NCBI GenBank assembly: GCA_965228475.1
Contig: OZ245817.1
Span: 1 to 64,000 of the forward strand
Length of the DNA: 64,000 nucleotides
DNA from: Myxococcota bacterium
GTDB lineage: Bacteria > Myxococcota_A > UBA9160 > JAFDDA01
Direction: 5' to 3'
Part shown: piece by piece, positions 46,229-56,145 of the stretch
Position numbering within the stretch: the stretch's first letter is position 1
Layout of the letters: every line of letters begins with the position of its first letter
Notes under the pieces: model-generated
Told to the model about the DNA's origin: nothing
Database searches by the model: none
Seen by the model: the letters and a program-made list of their open reading frames with translations, nothing else
Translations under genes and position numbers: made by a program

Positions 46229-47698
46229 ATGGCGAAGATCACCGTCGACGGCACCGTGTACGAGGTGAAGGCAGGCCGGACGATCCTCCAGGCGCTCGAC
46301 GAACTCGGCGTGCTCGGCCGGGACGTCGAGGTTCCCCACTACTGCTGGCACCCGAAGCTCTCGATCGACGGCTCGTGCCGGCTGTGCCAGGTCGAGGTCG
46401 AGGGTTTTCCGAAGCTCCAGATCGCGTGCAACACCCCGGTGAAGGACGGGATGGAGATCCGCACCCGGACGGAGGCGGTGCAGAGTGCGCGCGAGGGCGT
46501 GATGGAGCTCCTGCTCGTGAACCATCCGCTCGACTGCCCGATCTGCGACCAGGCCGGTGAGTGCAAGCTCCAGGACTACGCCTTCGAGTACGGCGTCGAA
46601 CACGCGCGGACGCGCGAGCCGCGCCGGGCCGCCAAGAAGAACGTGAGCCTCGGCCCGACCATCGTCTTCGACCAGGAGCGCTGCATCCTGTGCCGGCGCT
46701 GCGTCCGCTTCTGCCGGGAAGTACCCGGCACCGGGGAGCTCGGCGTCGTCGGCCGCGGCGATCACTCCCTGATCGAGACCTTTCCCGGCATGGAGCTCGA
46801 CAACCCGTACTCGATGAACGTCGCCGACATCTGTCCCGTCGGCGCGCTCACGACGAAGGACTTCCGCTTCAAGATCCGCGTCTGGTTCCTCGAGGACGTG
46901 CCCGGCGTCTGCACCGGTTGCGCCAAGGGCTGCAACGTCTGGATGGGGACGTCGAAGGGAGAGGTCCATCGCTACACGCCCCGCCGCAACGACGAGGTGA
47001 ACGAGACCTGGCTCTGCGACGCCGGGCGCATGACGTACAAGGAGATCGGCTCGCCCGCGCGGCTCGGGCATGCGCTCGTGCGCGGCGAGCTCGGCGTTCC
47101 GGAGACGGCGCCGACGAAGACCGCGCTCGCCGCGGCCGCCGAGCGCCTGACCGCCCTCGCTGCGGCCAAGGGCCCCGGGGTGATCGGCGCGGTCGCCTCC
47201 GGCCACGGGACCAACGAGGACCTCGCGGCCTTCGCGCGCTGGCTCGATGCCGCGGGGATCGAGAACCGCGGGCTGGCCACCGCCGCGGGCGAGAGCGACG
47301 ACCTGCTCGTCCAGGCCGAGAAGGCGGCCAACGGAGAGGGCGCGCGCCAGGCGGGCTTCGGCCCGGTCGCGCCGCTGCTCGACCGCCTGCGCGGCGGCGG
47401 GCTCGAGGCGCTCGTCGTCTGGGGCCACGATCTGCTCGCGCCCGAGCATCTCGGAGGCATCGAGCCGCTCGCGGGTCTCGAGACGCTCGTCGTCTTCGAC
47501 ACGCATCACTCGGCCCTCGAACGGCTGGCCCACGTCGTCGTCCCGACGCGCCACCTCGCCGAGAAATCCGGCCACGTCACCAACCACGAGGGCATCGTCC
47601 AGGCGGTCTCGCGCGCCGTGCCGGCGCCGGGCGATGCCATCGACGACGCCGAAGCCTTCGACGCGCTCGCCGCCGCGATGCGGAGCGAAGCGCCGTGA
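46229..47698 (+). CDS. nuoG: NADH-quinone oxidoreductase subunit G (short form)
   Basis: HYCWHP..CRLC, NHPLDCPICDQAGEC, RCILCRRCVRFC, CPVGAL. Confidence 0.92.
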   Translation: MAKITVDGTVYEVKAGRTILQALDELGVLGRDVEVPHYCWHPKLSIDGSCRLCQVEVEGFPKLQIACNTPVKDGMEIRTRTEAVQSAREGVMELLLVNHPLDCPICDQAGECKLQDYAFEYGVEHARTREPRRAAKKNVSLGPTIVFDQERCILCRRCVRFCREVPGTGELGVVGRGDHSLIETFPGMELDNPYSMNVADICPVGALTTKDFRFKIRVWFLEDVPGVCTGCAKGCNVWMGTSKGEVHRYTPRRNDEVNETWLCDAGRMTYKEIGSPARLGHALVRGELGVPETAPTKTALAAAAERLTALAAAKGPGVIGAVASGHGTNEDLAAFARWLDAAGIENRGLATAAGESDDLLVQAEKAANGEGARQAGFGPVAPLLDRLRGGGLEALVVWGHDLLAPEHLGGIEPLAGLETLVVFDTHHSALERLAHVVVPTRHLAEKSGHVTNHEGIVQAVSRAVPAPGDAIDDAEAFDALAAAMRSEAP

Positions 47699-48855
47699 CC
47701 TTCGAGGTCGTCGCGAAGGCGCTCTTCATCCTGCTCGTCGTGATGGCGGGTTTCCTCCCGATCATCACGTGGATCGAGCGCAAGCAGTCGGCCGTGATGC
47801 AGGACCGCATCGGGGCGAACCGCGCCGACATCGCCGGCATCACCGTGCTCGGCCTGCTCCATCCGCTGACCGACGTGCTGAAGCTCTTCGCCAAGGAGGA
47901 CTTCGTCCCCGAAGGCGCGAACCGGTTCATGCACCTGCTCGCGCCGGTGATCTCGCTCGTACCCGCGATCATGATGCTCGCGGTCGTCCCCTTCGGCGGC
48001 GTCTACGACTTCGGCGGCGAGCGTCCGCTCTCCCTCGTCGTGGCGGACATCGATTGGGGCATGCTCTTCGTCTTCGCCGTCGGCTCAATCGCGGCCTATG
48101 GCTCGGTCATCTCCGGCTGGGCGAGCAACAACAACTGGGCGTTGCTCGGGAGCCTGCGCGCCTCGGCCCAGATCATCTCCTACGAAGTCACGATGGGGCT
48201 CTCCATCGCGGGCATCTTCATGTGCTTCCAGACGCTCTCGCTCCAGGAGATGGCCCTCGCCCAGGACCAGAGCTTCCGCGTGTTCGGGTTCCTCGAACAC
48301 CTGGGCCTCGTCGCCACGCTGCCCGCGGCCCTCGCCTGGGTGAAGCTCCCTCTCTGGGGGATCTTCCTGCAGCCGCTCGGCTTCGTGCTCTTCCTCACCT
48401 GCATCATGGCCGAGAACAAGCGCCCGCCCTTCGGCCTGCCCGAAGGCGAGACCGAGATCGTCGCCGGCTACCACCTCGAGTACTCGGGCATGCGCTGGGG
48501 CCTCTTCTACACTGCCGAGTTTCTCGAAGTTCCGGTGATCGGCTGCATCGTCACCGCCGCCTTCCTCGGCGGCTGGACGATCCCGTTCCTCGACACCCAG
48601 ACGCTCGTCGGCGCGGTCGCGCCCTTCTTCGGCGAAGGCTTCGCGAACGGCGTCGCCATGGTGGCGCAAGTGACGGCCTTCTTCGCCAAGGTCGTCTTCA
48701 TGATCTGGCTCCAGATGCTGATCCGCTGGAGCCTTCCGCAGTTCCGCTACGACCAGGTCATGGACCTGTGCTGGAAGATCATGCTCCCGCTCTCGCTCGC
48801 GAACATCTTCGTGACGGGGCTCGTGATCCTCTGGCTGAAGGACCTCGGCGTATGA
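47695..48855 (+). CDS. nuoH: NADH-quinone oxidoreductase subunit H
   Basis: ERK..QDRIG, LRASAQIISYE, AENKRPPF, EYSG, RYDQVM. Confidence 0.95.
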   Translation: MTFEVVAKALFILLVVMAGFLPIITWIERKQSAVMQDRIGANRADIAGITVLGLLHPLTDVLKLFAKEDFVPEGANRFMHLLAPVISLVPAIMMLAVVPFGGVYDFGGERPLSLVVADIDWGMLFVFAVGSIAAYGSVISGWASNNNWALLGSLRASAQIISYEVTMGLSIAGIFMCFQTLSLQEMALAQDQSFRVFGFLEHLGLVATLPAALAWVKLPLWGIFLQPLGFVLFLTCIMAENKRPPFGLPEGETEIVAGYHLEYSGMRWGLFYTAEFLEVPVIGCIVTAAFLGGWTIPFLDTQTLVGAVAPFFGEGFANGVAMVAQVTAFFAKVVFMIWLQMLIRWSLPQFRYDQVMDLCWKIMLPLSLANIFVTGLVILWLKDLGV

Positions 48856-48874
48856 GACTCCGGGACCTCGACGT

Positions 48875-49381
48875 ATGAGCGCCGAACTCGTCCTCTTCTA
48901 CGTGTTCGCAGCGCTCACGGGTGGCTCCGCGCTGGCGATGGTGCTCTCGGCGCGCAACACCGTCGCCGCAGCGATGTTCCTCGTGGTGACGATGGTCTCG
49001 CTGGCGGCGATCTACGTCCTGCTCGAGGCCTACCTGATCGCGGTGCTGCAGATCATGGTGTACGGCGGCGCGATCGTCGTGCTGTTCGTCTTCGTCGTGA
49101 TGCTCCTGAACCTGCGTCAGGACGAGTTCCCGCCCGCGAAGCAGTGGCTCGCCAAGGGCGCCGGAATCCTGCTGGCCGGATTCGCCCTGGTGAAGTTCGT
49201 GATGGTGCTCCCCGCAGCCCTGCCCGAAGCGGCGGCGACCCTGCCCGAGGGGTTCGGGGGCTACCGCCAGGTCGGAACGGCGCTCTTCACGCGCTACGTG
49301 CTCGCCTTCGAGGCGACGTCGCTCGTGCTGCTCGCGGCGCTCGTCGGCGCCGTGGTCCTCGCCAAGCGGAGGATCGACTGA
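48875..49381 (+). CDS. nuoJ: NADH-quinone oxidoreductase subunit J
   Basis: [25 protein letters not shown]. Confidence 0.95.
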   Translation: MSAELVLFYVFAALTGGSALAMVLSARNTVAAAMFLVVTMVSLAAIYVLLEAYLIAVLQIMVYGGAIVVLFVFVVMLLNLRQDEFPPAKQWLAKGAGILLAGFALVKFVMVLPAALPEAAATLPEGFGGYRQVGTALFTRYVLAFEATSLVLLAALVGAVVLAKRRID

Positions 49382-49403
49382 TGCCGGCCCGGGGGATCGT
49401 CTG

Positions 49404-49712
49404 ATGTCCGCCATCCCGATCGACCTGGTGATCGCCCTTTCGGCGTTCCTGTTCGCCGTCGGCGTCGTCGGGGCGCTCGTGCGCCGGAACATCATCGTGA
49501 TCCTGATGTCGATCGAGCTGATGCTGAACGCCGTGAACCTGGCCTTCGTCGGCTTCGCCCGGCTGCACGGCAACACGGATGGGCACGTCTTCGCCCTGAT
49601 GGTCACCACGGTCGCCGCGGCCGAGGTGGCCGTCGGCCTCGGGATCGTGATCGCCCTGTTCCGCAACCGCGACACCGTGAACATCGACGACGTGAGCCTG
49701 CTGAAATGGTGA
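49404..49712 (+). CDS. nuoK: NADH-quinone oxidoreductase subunit K
   Basis: [23 protein letters not shown]. Confidence 0.96.
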   Translation: MSAIPIDLVIALSAFLFAVGVVGALVRRNIIVILMSIELMLNAVNLAFVGFARLHGNTDGHVFALMVTTVAAAEVAVGLGIVIALFRNRDTVNIDDVSLLKW

Positions 49713-49731
49713 GCGGCGAGGCGGGCGCGCG

Positions 49732-51756
49732 ATGCTGAACGGCGACGGACAGTCGAGCGAGCTGCTGCGCTGGATCCCGGCCCTGCCGCTGCTGGGTGCG
49801 CTGGTCCACGGCGTCTCCCTCGCCGTGCTGCGGCGCCCGCTCCCGCGCGCGGGAGTGATCGGCGTCTCCTGCGGCGTCGTGCTGCTCTCCTTCCTGGCCT
49901 CGGTGCTGGCCGTGGCCGAGCTGCTCGCCCATCCGGCCGAGAGCCGCGTTCTCACGGACGGCCTCTTCACCTGGATCGGCGCGGGCCGCTTCCATGCGGA
50001 AGCCGCGCTGCTCCTCGACCCCCTCTCGGCGACGATGATCCTCATCGTCACCGGCGTCGGCTTCCTGATCCACGTCTACTCGATCGGGTACATGGACGAG
50101 GACCATCGCGACGACGCCGGCTTCCAGCGCTTCTTCGCCTACCTGAACCTGTTCACCTTCTCGATGCTCGTGCTGGTGCTCGGCGACAACCTGCTCCTGC
50201 TCTTCCTCGGCTGGGAAGGCGTGGGCCTCTGTTCCTACCTGTTGATCGGGTTCTGGTACGCCGACCGCTACAACGCCTACTGCGGGAGCAAGGCCTTCCT
50301 CGTGAACCGCGTGGGCGACTTCGGCTTCCTCGTCGGGATCTTCCTGCTGTTCGCGTCGCTCGCGGAGGCCGGCCAGGCGACGGTGGCCTTCCGCGACATC
50401 GGCGCCCAGATCGGCCTGCTCGCGGACCGCACCGTCGCCGTCCCCTTCTTCGGGGAGTGGAAGCTCCTGACGGTGATCGGCCTGTGCTTCTTCGTCGGCG
50501 CGATGGGCAAGAGCGCCCAGCTCCCGCTCTACGTCTGGCTGCCCGACGCGATGGCGGGCCCGACGCCCGTCTCGGCCCTCATCCACGCCGCGACGATGGT
50601 GACCGCCGGCGTCTACATGATCTGCCGGATGAGCTTCCTCTACGCCGAGGCGCCGGGCGCCTCCGCGGTGATCGCCTGGACGGGAGCGCTGACGGCGCTG
50701 TTCGCGGCGACGATCGCCGTGGTCCAGACCGACATCAAGAAGGTCCTCGCCTACTCGACGGTGAGCCAGCTCGGGTACATGTTCCTCGCGGCCGGCTGCG
50801 GCGGCTACGCGGCCGCGGTCTTCCACCTCGGGACCCACGCCTTCTTCAAGGCGCTGCTCTTCCTCGGCGCCGGCGCCGTGATCCTCGCCCTGCACCACGA
50901 GCAGGACACGGACAAGATGGGCGGTCTGAAGAGCTACCTGCCGAGGACCCAGGCCCTGTTCGGCGTCGGCGTGCTCGCGATCGCGGGGTTCCCGTTCCTT
51001 TCGGGCTTCTTCTCGAAGGACGAGGTCCTGCTCTCGGTGTTCGCCGCCGAGCACATTCCGGGCCACGGTGTGCTCTACGGCATCGGCCTCGGCACCGCCG
51101 TTCTGACCGCCTTCTACATGTTCCGGCTCCACCTGCGAACGTTCTACGGGCGGTGCCGCGCGAGCTACGAGGTCCGTTCGAAGATCGAGGAGCCCGGCGA
51201 GACCGTGCTCTACCCGCTCTACGTGCTGGCCTTCCTGTCCCTCGTGGCGGGAGCGCTCTCCCCGCCGCAGCTCTGGGGCGACCTGCTCGGCGTCGAGAAC
51301 TCGAACAGCCTGCACCACTTCCTCGAGCCCGTCCTCGCCCACGCCCCGGCCCACGCGGTGAGCCACGCGACCGAGTGGCTGCTCGTCCTGGCCGCCGTCA
51401 CGGCCTTCGCGCTCGGCGCCGGCGCCGCCGTCCACCTCTACCACCAGCATCCCGAGCGGCCGGCCCGCATCCGCGCCCGCCTCGCCGGGCTCCACCGCCT
51501 CGTCGTGAACAAGTACTGGGTGGACGAGCTCTACGACGCGGTGCTCGTGCGCCCGCTCGTCGCCGTCTCGGACCGCGTGCTCTTCCGCATCGTCGACGTG
51601 CGCGGCATCGACGGCCTCGCGAACGGCAGCGCCGCCTTCCTGCGCGGGCTCGCCGCACGCGGCTTGAAGCACGCCCAGGGCGGCTTTGCCCAGGGCTACC
51701 TCTTCCTCATGATCGCGGGCACGCTCGCGGTCCTCGGCTACCTGGCGGGCTCCTGA
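49732..51756 (+). CDS. nuoL: NADH-quinone oxidoreductase subunit L
   Basis: GWEGVGLCSY, KSAQLPLYVWLPDAMAGPTPVSALIHAATM, HAFFKA. Confidence 0.96.
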   Translation: MLNGDGQSSELLRWIPALPLLGALVHGVSLAVLRRPLPRAGVIGVSCGVVLLSFLASVLAVAELLAHPAESRVLTDGLFTWIGAGRFHAEAALLLDPLSATMILIVTGVGFLIHVYSIGYMDEDHRDDAGFQRFFAYLNLFTFSMLVLVLGDNLLLLFLGWEGVGLCSYLLIGFWYADRYNAYCGSKAFLVNRVGDFGFLVGIFLLFASLAEAGQATVAFRDIGAQIGLLADRTVAVPFFGEWKLLTVIGLCFFVGAMGKSAQLPLYVWLPDAMAGPTPVSALIHAATMVTAGVYMICRMSFLYAEAPGASAVIAWTGALTALFAATIAVVQTDIKKVLAYSTVSQLGYMFLAAGCGGYAAAVFHLGTHAFFKALLFLGAGAVILALHHEQDTDKMGGLKSYLPRTQALFGVGVLAIAGFPFLSGFFSKDEVLLSVFAAEHIPGHGVLYGIGLGTAVLTAFYMFRLHLRTFYGRCRASYEVRSKIEEPGETVLYPLYVLAFLSLVAGALSPPQLWGDLLGVENSNSLHHFLEPVLAHAPAHAVSHATEWLLVLAAVTAFALGAGAAVHLYHQHPERPARIRARLAGLHRLVVNKYWVDELYDAVLVRPLVAVSDRVLFRIVDVRGIDGLANGSAAFLRGLAARGLKHAQGGFAQGYLFLMIAGTLAVLGYLAGS

Positions 51757-53432
51757 TGCATCTCGACGCCCACCTGCTCGCCCTCGTGACCTTCCTGCCC
51801 CTCGGCGTCGGGCTCGCGATGATGGCGCTCTCGGCGTTCCTGCACGTGCCGGCGGAGCTCTGGCGCGCGGCGGGCCTCTCGGTGACCGTGCTCGTCTTCC
51901 TGCTCTCGCTCCGCCTCTGGGTGCTCTTCGATCCCACCGAGACGGGCTACCAGTTCGTCGAGTACTTCCCGTGGCTCCCGGATCTCGGCATCCACTACTT
52001 CGTCGGGCTCGATGGGATCAGCCTGCTGCTGGTCCTGCTGACGACCTTCCTGATGCCGATCGTCCTGCTCGCCTCCTGGAACGACGTCCAGAAGTCGACT
52101 CCGGCCTTCGTCTTCCACAACCTGTTCCTGCAGACCGGGATGATCGGCGCCTTCGTCTCGCTGAACCTCTTCCAGTTCTATCTGTTCTGGGAGCTGATGC
52201 TCGTCCCGATGTACTTCATCATCGGCGTGTGGGGCGGCCCGCGGCGCGTCTACGCGGCCGTGAAGTTCTTCCTCTTCACCATGGCGGGCTCGCTCTTGAT
52301 GCTCGTGGCGGCGCTGGTGCTCTACGCGCTCCACGCCGAGCAGTTCGGCAGCCCGAACCTCGACCTCGTCGCAATCCCGGGGGTGAACGACGGCGTTCCG
52401 GGCCTGCTCGACGTCGCGGTGCCCCTGGCCGGCGAGGCCGTCTGGTGGAAGACCCAGCCCTGGCTGTTCGGCGCCTTCGCCCTGGCCTTCGCGGTGAAGG
52501 TGCCGATCTGGCCGTTCCATACCTGGCTGCCCGATGCCCACGTCGAAGCGCCGACGGCCGGCTCGGCGATCCTCGCCGGCGTTCTCCTCAAGATGGGGAT
52601 CTACGGGTTCCTGCGTTTCGCCCTGCCGCTCTTCCCGGTGGCGGCGGTCTCCTTCGTTCCGGTGTTCTTCGCCCTCGCGATCGTCGGCGTCGTCTACGGC
52701 TCGCTCGTGGCGATGGTGCAGCAAGACGTGAAGAAGCTCGTCGCCTACTCCTCGGTGGCCCATCTCGGCTTCGTCGTGCTCGGGACCTTCGCGCTGAACC
52801 TCGAGGGTCTCGAGGGCGCGGTGCTCCAGATGGTGAACCACGGGCTCTCGACCGGCGCCCTCTTCCTGCTGATCGGGATGCTCTACGAGCGCCGGCACAC
52901 GCGGCAGATCGCGGACTTCGGCGGACTCACCCAGGTGATGCCGGTCTTCGCCGCGGCCTTCGTGCTGGTGACGATGTCGAGCATCGGCCTGCCGATGCTG
53001 AACGGGTTCGTCGGCGAGTTCCTGATCCTGCTCGGCGTCTTCCTCGCCGACCCGTGGGTCGCCGTGGTGGCCGCGAGCGGCGTCGTGCTCGCGGCGGCCT
53101 ACATGCTCTGGATGGTTCGCCGGGTCTTCTTCGGTCCGCTCGAGAATCCGGAGAACCGGGCGCTCTCGGACCTCAGCCTGCGCGAGAGCTTCATCGCCCT
53201 CGCGCTCATCGTTCCGATCGTGTGGATCGGCGTCCAGCCGGGTCCGTTCCTGCGGCGCCTCGACGCCTCGGTGATCGAGCTCGTGCGCACGATGGAGGTG
53301 CGTGGCGCAGACCTGGCCTCGCGCAACGGCGGCTTCAGCGCGCTCCGCCCGGCCGGGGACGGCGCCGAGGAAAGCCCCGCCCCTCTGCCTTCCTCGCCTG
53401 CGGTGCGCCTGGCCGCGGAGCCGCCGCGATGA
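51756..53432 (+). CDS. nuoM: NADH-quinone oxidoreductase subunit M
   Basis: FWELMLVP, PFHTWLPDAHVEAP, AYSSVAH, QMVNHG. Confidence 0.96.
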   Translation: MHLDAHLLALVTFLPLGVGLAMMALSAFLHVPAELWRAAGLSVTVLVFLLSLRLWVLFDPTETGYQFVEYFPWLPDLGIHYFVGLDGISLLLVLLTTFLMPIVLLASWNDVQKSTPAFVFHNLFLQTGMIGAFVSLNLFQFYLFWELMLVPMYFIIGVWGGPRRVYAAVKFFLFTMAGSLLMLVAALVLYALHAEQFGSPNLDLVAIPGVNDGVPGLLDVAVPLAGEAVWWKTQPWLFGAFALAFAVKVPIWPFHTWLPDAHVEAPTAGSAILAGVLLKMGIYGFLRFALPLFPVAAVSFVPVFFALAIVGVVYGSLVAMVQQDVKKLVAYSSVAHLGFVVLGTFALNLEGLEGAVLQMVNHGLSTGALFLLIGMLYERRHTRQIADFGGLTQVMPVFAAAFVLVTMSSIGLPMLNGFVGEFLILLGVFLADPWVAVVAASGVVLAAAYMLWMVRRVFFGPLENPENRALSDLSLRESFIALALIVPIVWIGVQPGPFLRRLDASVIELVRTMEVRGADLASRNGGFSALRPAGDGAEESPAPLPSSPAVRLAAEPPR

Positions 53433-54937
53433 TCGAAGCCCCGAACCTGCGGCTCGACGCCCTCGCTCCGCTGGCCTTCATCGGCTTCGGAGCCCTGGCC
53501 GTGCTCATCGGAGAGGTCCTCCTCACCCGCGCGAAGTCCGTGCGCGAGCGCTCCTCGCCGGAGGTCTTCGTCGGCACGATGCTCTCCCTCGGAGCGGCGG
53601 CGACCCTGGCCTTGACCCTCGTCGTCGCGGCCCAGGCGTTCATGTCGAACACCGCGTGGTCCTTCAACCTCGACCACCCCATGCTCCAGTTCGACCGCTT
53701 CGCGAACTTCGGCATCGGGCTCCTCGCCATGGCCGGCATCCTGATCTGTTCGATCTCCGCGGACTACCTGAACGGCCTCCGCATCCACCACGGCGAGTAC
53801 TATGCCTTCCTGCTGATCGCCCTGGCCGGGATGGTGATCATGATCGCGGCCGTCGATCTGATGACCGTCTTCCTCGGCCTCGAGATCATGAGCCTGCCCG
53901 TCTACGTGCTCGCCGGCTTCGACCGCCGAAAGCTCCGCAGCAACGAGTCTTCGCTCAAGTACTTCGTGATCGGCGCCTTCGCCTCGGGCCTCTTGCTGTA
54001 CGGGATGGCGCTGCTCTACGGCGCGACGGGCAGCACCCAGTTCGATCTGATCCGCGCCCGCTTCGATCCGGAGAGCCCCCTGGCCATGGCGGGGCTCGGT
54101 CTCCTGGTGGTGGGCTTCGCCTTCAAGATCGCCTCGGTCCCGTTCCACCAGTGGGCGCCCGACGTCTACGAAGGCGCGCCCACCTCGGTGACGGCGTTCA
54201 TGGCCGTGGCCGTGAAGGTGGCCGCGTTCATGACGCTCACGCGCATGCTGCTCACGGCCTTCGAGTCCGTCGCGGGGCTCGAGAACGTGCTCCTGGCGAT
54301 GGCGGCCGCGAGCATGATCGTCGGGAACCTGATGGCGGTGATCCAGGAGAACGTGAAGCGGATGCTCGCCTACTCGAGCGTCGCCCACACCGGATACCTG
54401 CTGATCGGCTTCGTCGCGGCGACGACCGAGGCCCACGCCGCGCTCCTCTTCTACCTCTTCGTCTACGTCTTCATGACGCTCGGCGCCTTCACCGCGATCA
54501 TCGTGCTGGCCCAGCGCGGCCGGGAGGCCGAGACCTTCGACGACTTCGCCGGCCTGGCCCAGCAGCGGCCGGCGCTCGCCTGGGCCATGGTGCTCTTCAT
54601 GCTCTCCCTGGCGGGAATCCCGGGGACGGCCGGGTTCATGGCGAAGTTCAGCCTCTTCAGCGCGGCGGCCGCCGCGGGCCAGGTGCCCCTCGTCCTGCTG
54701 GCGGTCTTCGCGAGCCTCGTCTCGGTCTTCTACTACCTGCGCCTGCCGGTGGTGATGTTCATGCGCGAGCCCGCCGAGGAGCCGCGCCAGTCGACCGCGA
54801 GCGGCGAGGGGTTCGCCCTCTTCGTGTGCGTCGCGCTGGTTCTGGTGCTCGGCTTCTTCCCGAGCGGCGGACCCTTCTGGCTCGAGCATCTGCGCGTCCT
54901 CGACTGGGCGCGCGAGTCGGTGGCTTTCCTGCCCTAG
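53429..54937 (+). CDS. nuoN: NADH-quinone oxidoreductase subunit N
   Basis: LEIMSL, FKIASVPFHQWAPDVYEGAP, KRMLAYSS, SLAGIP. Confidence 0.96.
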   Translation: MIEAPNLRLDALAPLAFIGFGALAVLIGEVLLTRAKSVRERSSPEVFVGTMLSLGAAATLALTLVVAAQAFMSNTAWSFNLDHPMLQFDRFANFGIGLLAMAGILICSISADYLNGLRIHHGEYYAFLLIALAGMVIMIAAVDLMTVFLGLEIMSLPVYVLAGFDRRKLRSNESSLKYFVIGAFASGLLLYGMALLYGATGSTQFDLIRARFDPESPLAMAGLGLLVVGFAFKIASVPFHQWAPDVYEGAPTSVTAFMAVAVKVAAFMTLTRMLLTAFESVAGLENVLLAMAAASMIVGNLMAVIQENVKRMLAYSSVAHTGYLLIGFVAATTEAHAALLFYLFVYVFMTLGAFTAIIVLAQRGREAETFDDFAGLAQQRPALAWAMVLFMLSLAGIPGTAGFMAKFSLFSAAAAAGQVPLVLLAVFASLVSVFYYLRLPVVMFMREPAEEPRQSTASGEGFALFVCVALVLVLGFFPSGGPFWLEHLRVLDWARESVAFLP

Positions 54938-56139
54938 GGCGCGGAGGTGTCGAACTCTTCCGCCGGCACGGCCTCGACCGCGACGCCGTCCTCGACCCGA
55001 TCCGAGGGGAAGACCACCACTTCTTCGCCCGCTTCCGCCCCGCCGAGAAGCTCCGCCCGCTCGGCACCGCAGGCACCGATCTCGACCCGCGCGAGCCGGG
55101 CGGCGCCGTCCCGCACGACGAAGCTCGACCAGCCCGGGCCGCGCCGGAAGAGCGCACTCGTCGGGATCGTCAGAACGTCCTCGCTCCGCCAGACGACGAT
55201 CGCGACCTCGACGCGGAATTCGGCGCCGAGCGAGGGCGGCGGGTCGGCGAGGTCGATGATCACGTTCACGCGCTGCTCTTCCACGCCCAGGGCCGAGAGC
55301 TCGGTGAAGCCCTTGGGCTCGACGTGGCGCACCGTGCCCTCGAGTTCGACGCCGCCGCCCCAGCCCGTGATGCGCACGCGGTCTCCGGAGGAGACGCGGA
55401 CCGCCTGCTCGGTGACGAGATCCGCGACGATCTCGAGCCCCGCGGAATCGCTCAGCTCGAACAGCGGCGTGCCGGCCGGAACCACGCGCTCGCTCTCTTC
55501 GAAGACCGAGAGCACCGTGCCCGAGGCCGGCGCGCGGACGGGCTCCTCGCGCCCGGAGCCCTCCGCCCCGGCGCCGCTCTCGGACAGGCGCGCCGCGACC
55601 CGTTCGATCTCGGCCTGGGCCGCGCGCACCGAGGCGCGCACGGCGCCGAGGTGGGCGCTCGCCGCTCGGGCGGCCTGCTCGTAGCGCTCGAGCGTTTCCG
55701 TGCTGACCGCTCCGCGCTCGAACAGTTCGCGCCTCCGCTCGGCTTCCCGCTTCGCCCGGGCGTTCGCGCTGCGTGCCTCGCCGAGCGTCGCCTCGGCTTC
55801 CTTCTCGCGCGCTTCGGCCACGGCGAGCTCGGCGCGTAGCGAGGCGAGCTCGCGCGGATCCACCGGGGGCGGGAGCATCATCGCGAGGACGTCTCCGGCC
55901 GAAACGCGGTGCCCTTCCTCCACTCCGGTGCGCAGGAGCCGCCCCGTGATCGGTGCGGCGACGACGAAGCGCTCGCGGGCCCGGGTCCGGCCCTGCTCCT
56001 CCACCGTCACTTCGAGCGCCTGGCGGCGCACCGGCGCGGTCTCCACGGGCACGCGTTCGGGCCGAAGCGCCTGGAACACGAAGGCCGCGAGCACGAGGAG
56101 CCCGATGGCGATGAACACACGTCGTCTGCCTTGGCCCAC
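54934..56139 (-). CDS. Efflux periplasmic adaptor (HlyD/MFP)
   Basis: N-terminal TM, APITGRL, coiled hairpin, VRAPASG, SALGVEEQRV. Confidence 0.88.
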   Translation of the reverse strand: MGQGRRRVFIAIGLLVLAAFVFQALRPERVPVETAPVRRQALEVTVEEQGRTRARERFVVAAPITGRLLRTGVEEGHRVSAGDVLAMMLPPPVDPRELASLRAELAVAEAREKEAEATLGEARSANARAKREAERRRELFERGAVSTETLERYEQAARAASAHLGAVRASVRAAQAEIERVAARLSESGAGAEGSGREEPVRAPASGTVLSVFEESERVVPAGTPLFELSDSAGLEIVADLVTEQAVRVSSGDRVRITGWGGGVELEGTVRHVEPKGFTELSALGVEEQRVNVIIDLADPPPSLGAEFRVEVAIVVWRSEDVLTIPTSALFRRGPGWSSFVVRDGAARLARVEIGACGAERAELLGGAEAGEEVVVFPSDRVEDGVAVEAVPAEEFDTSAP

Positions 56140-56145
56140 GGCGTT

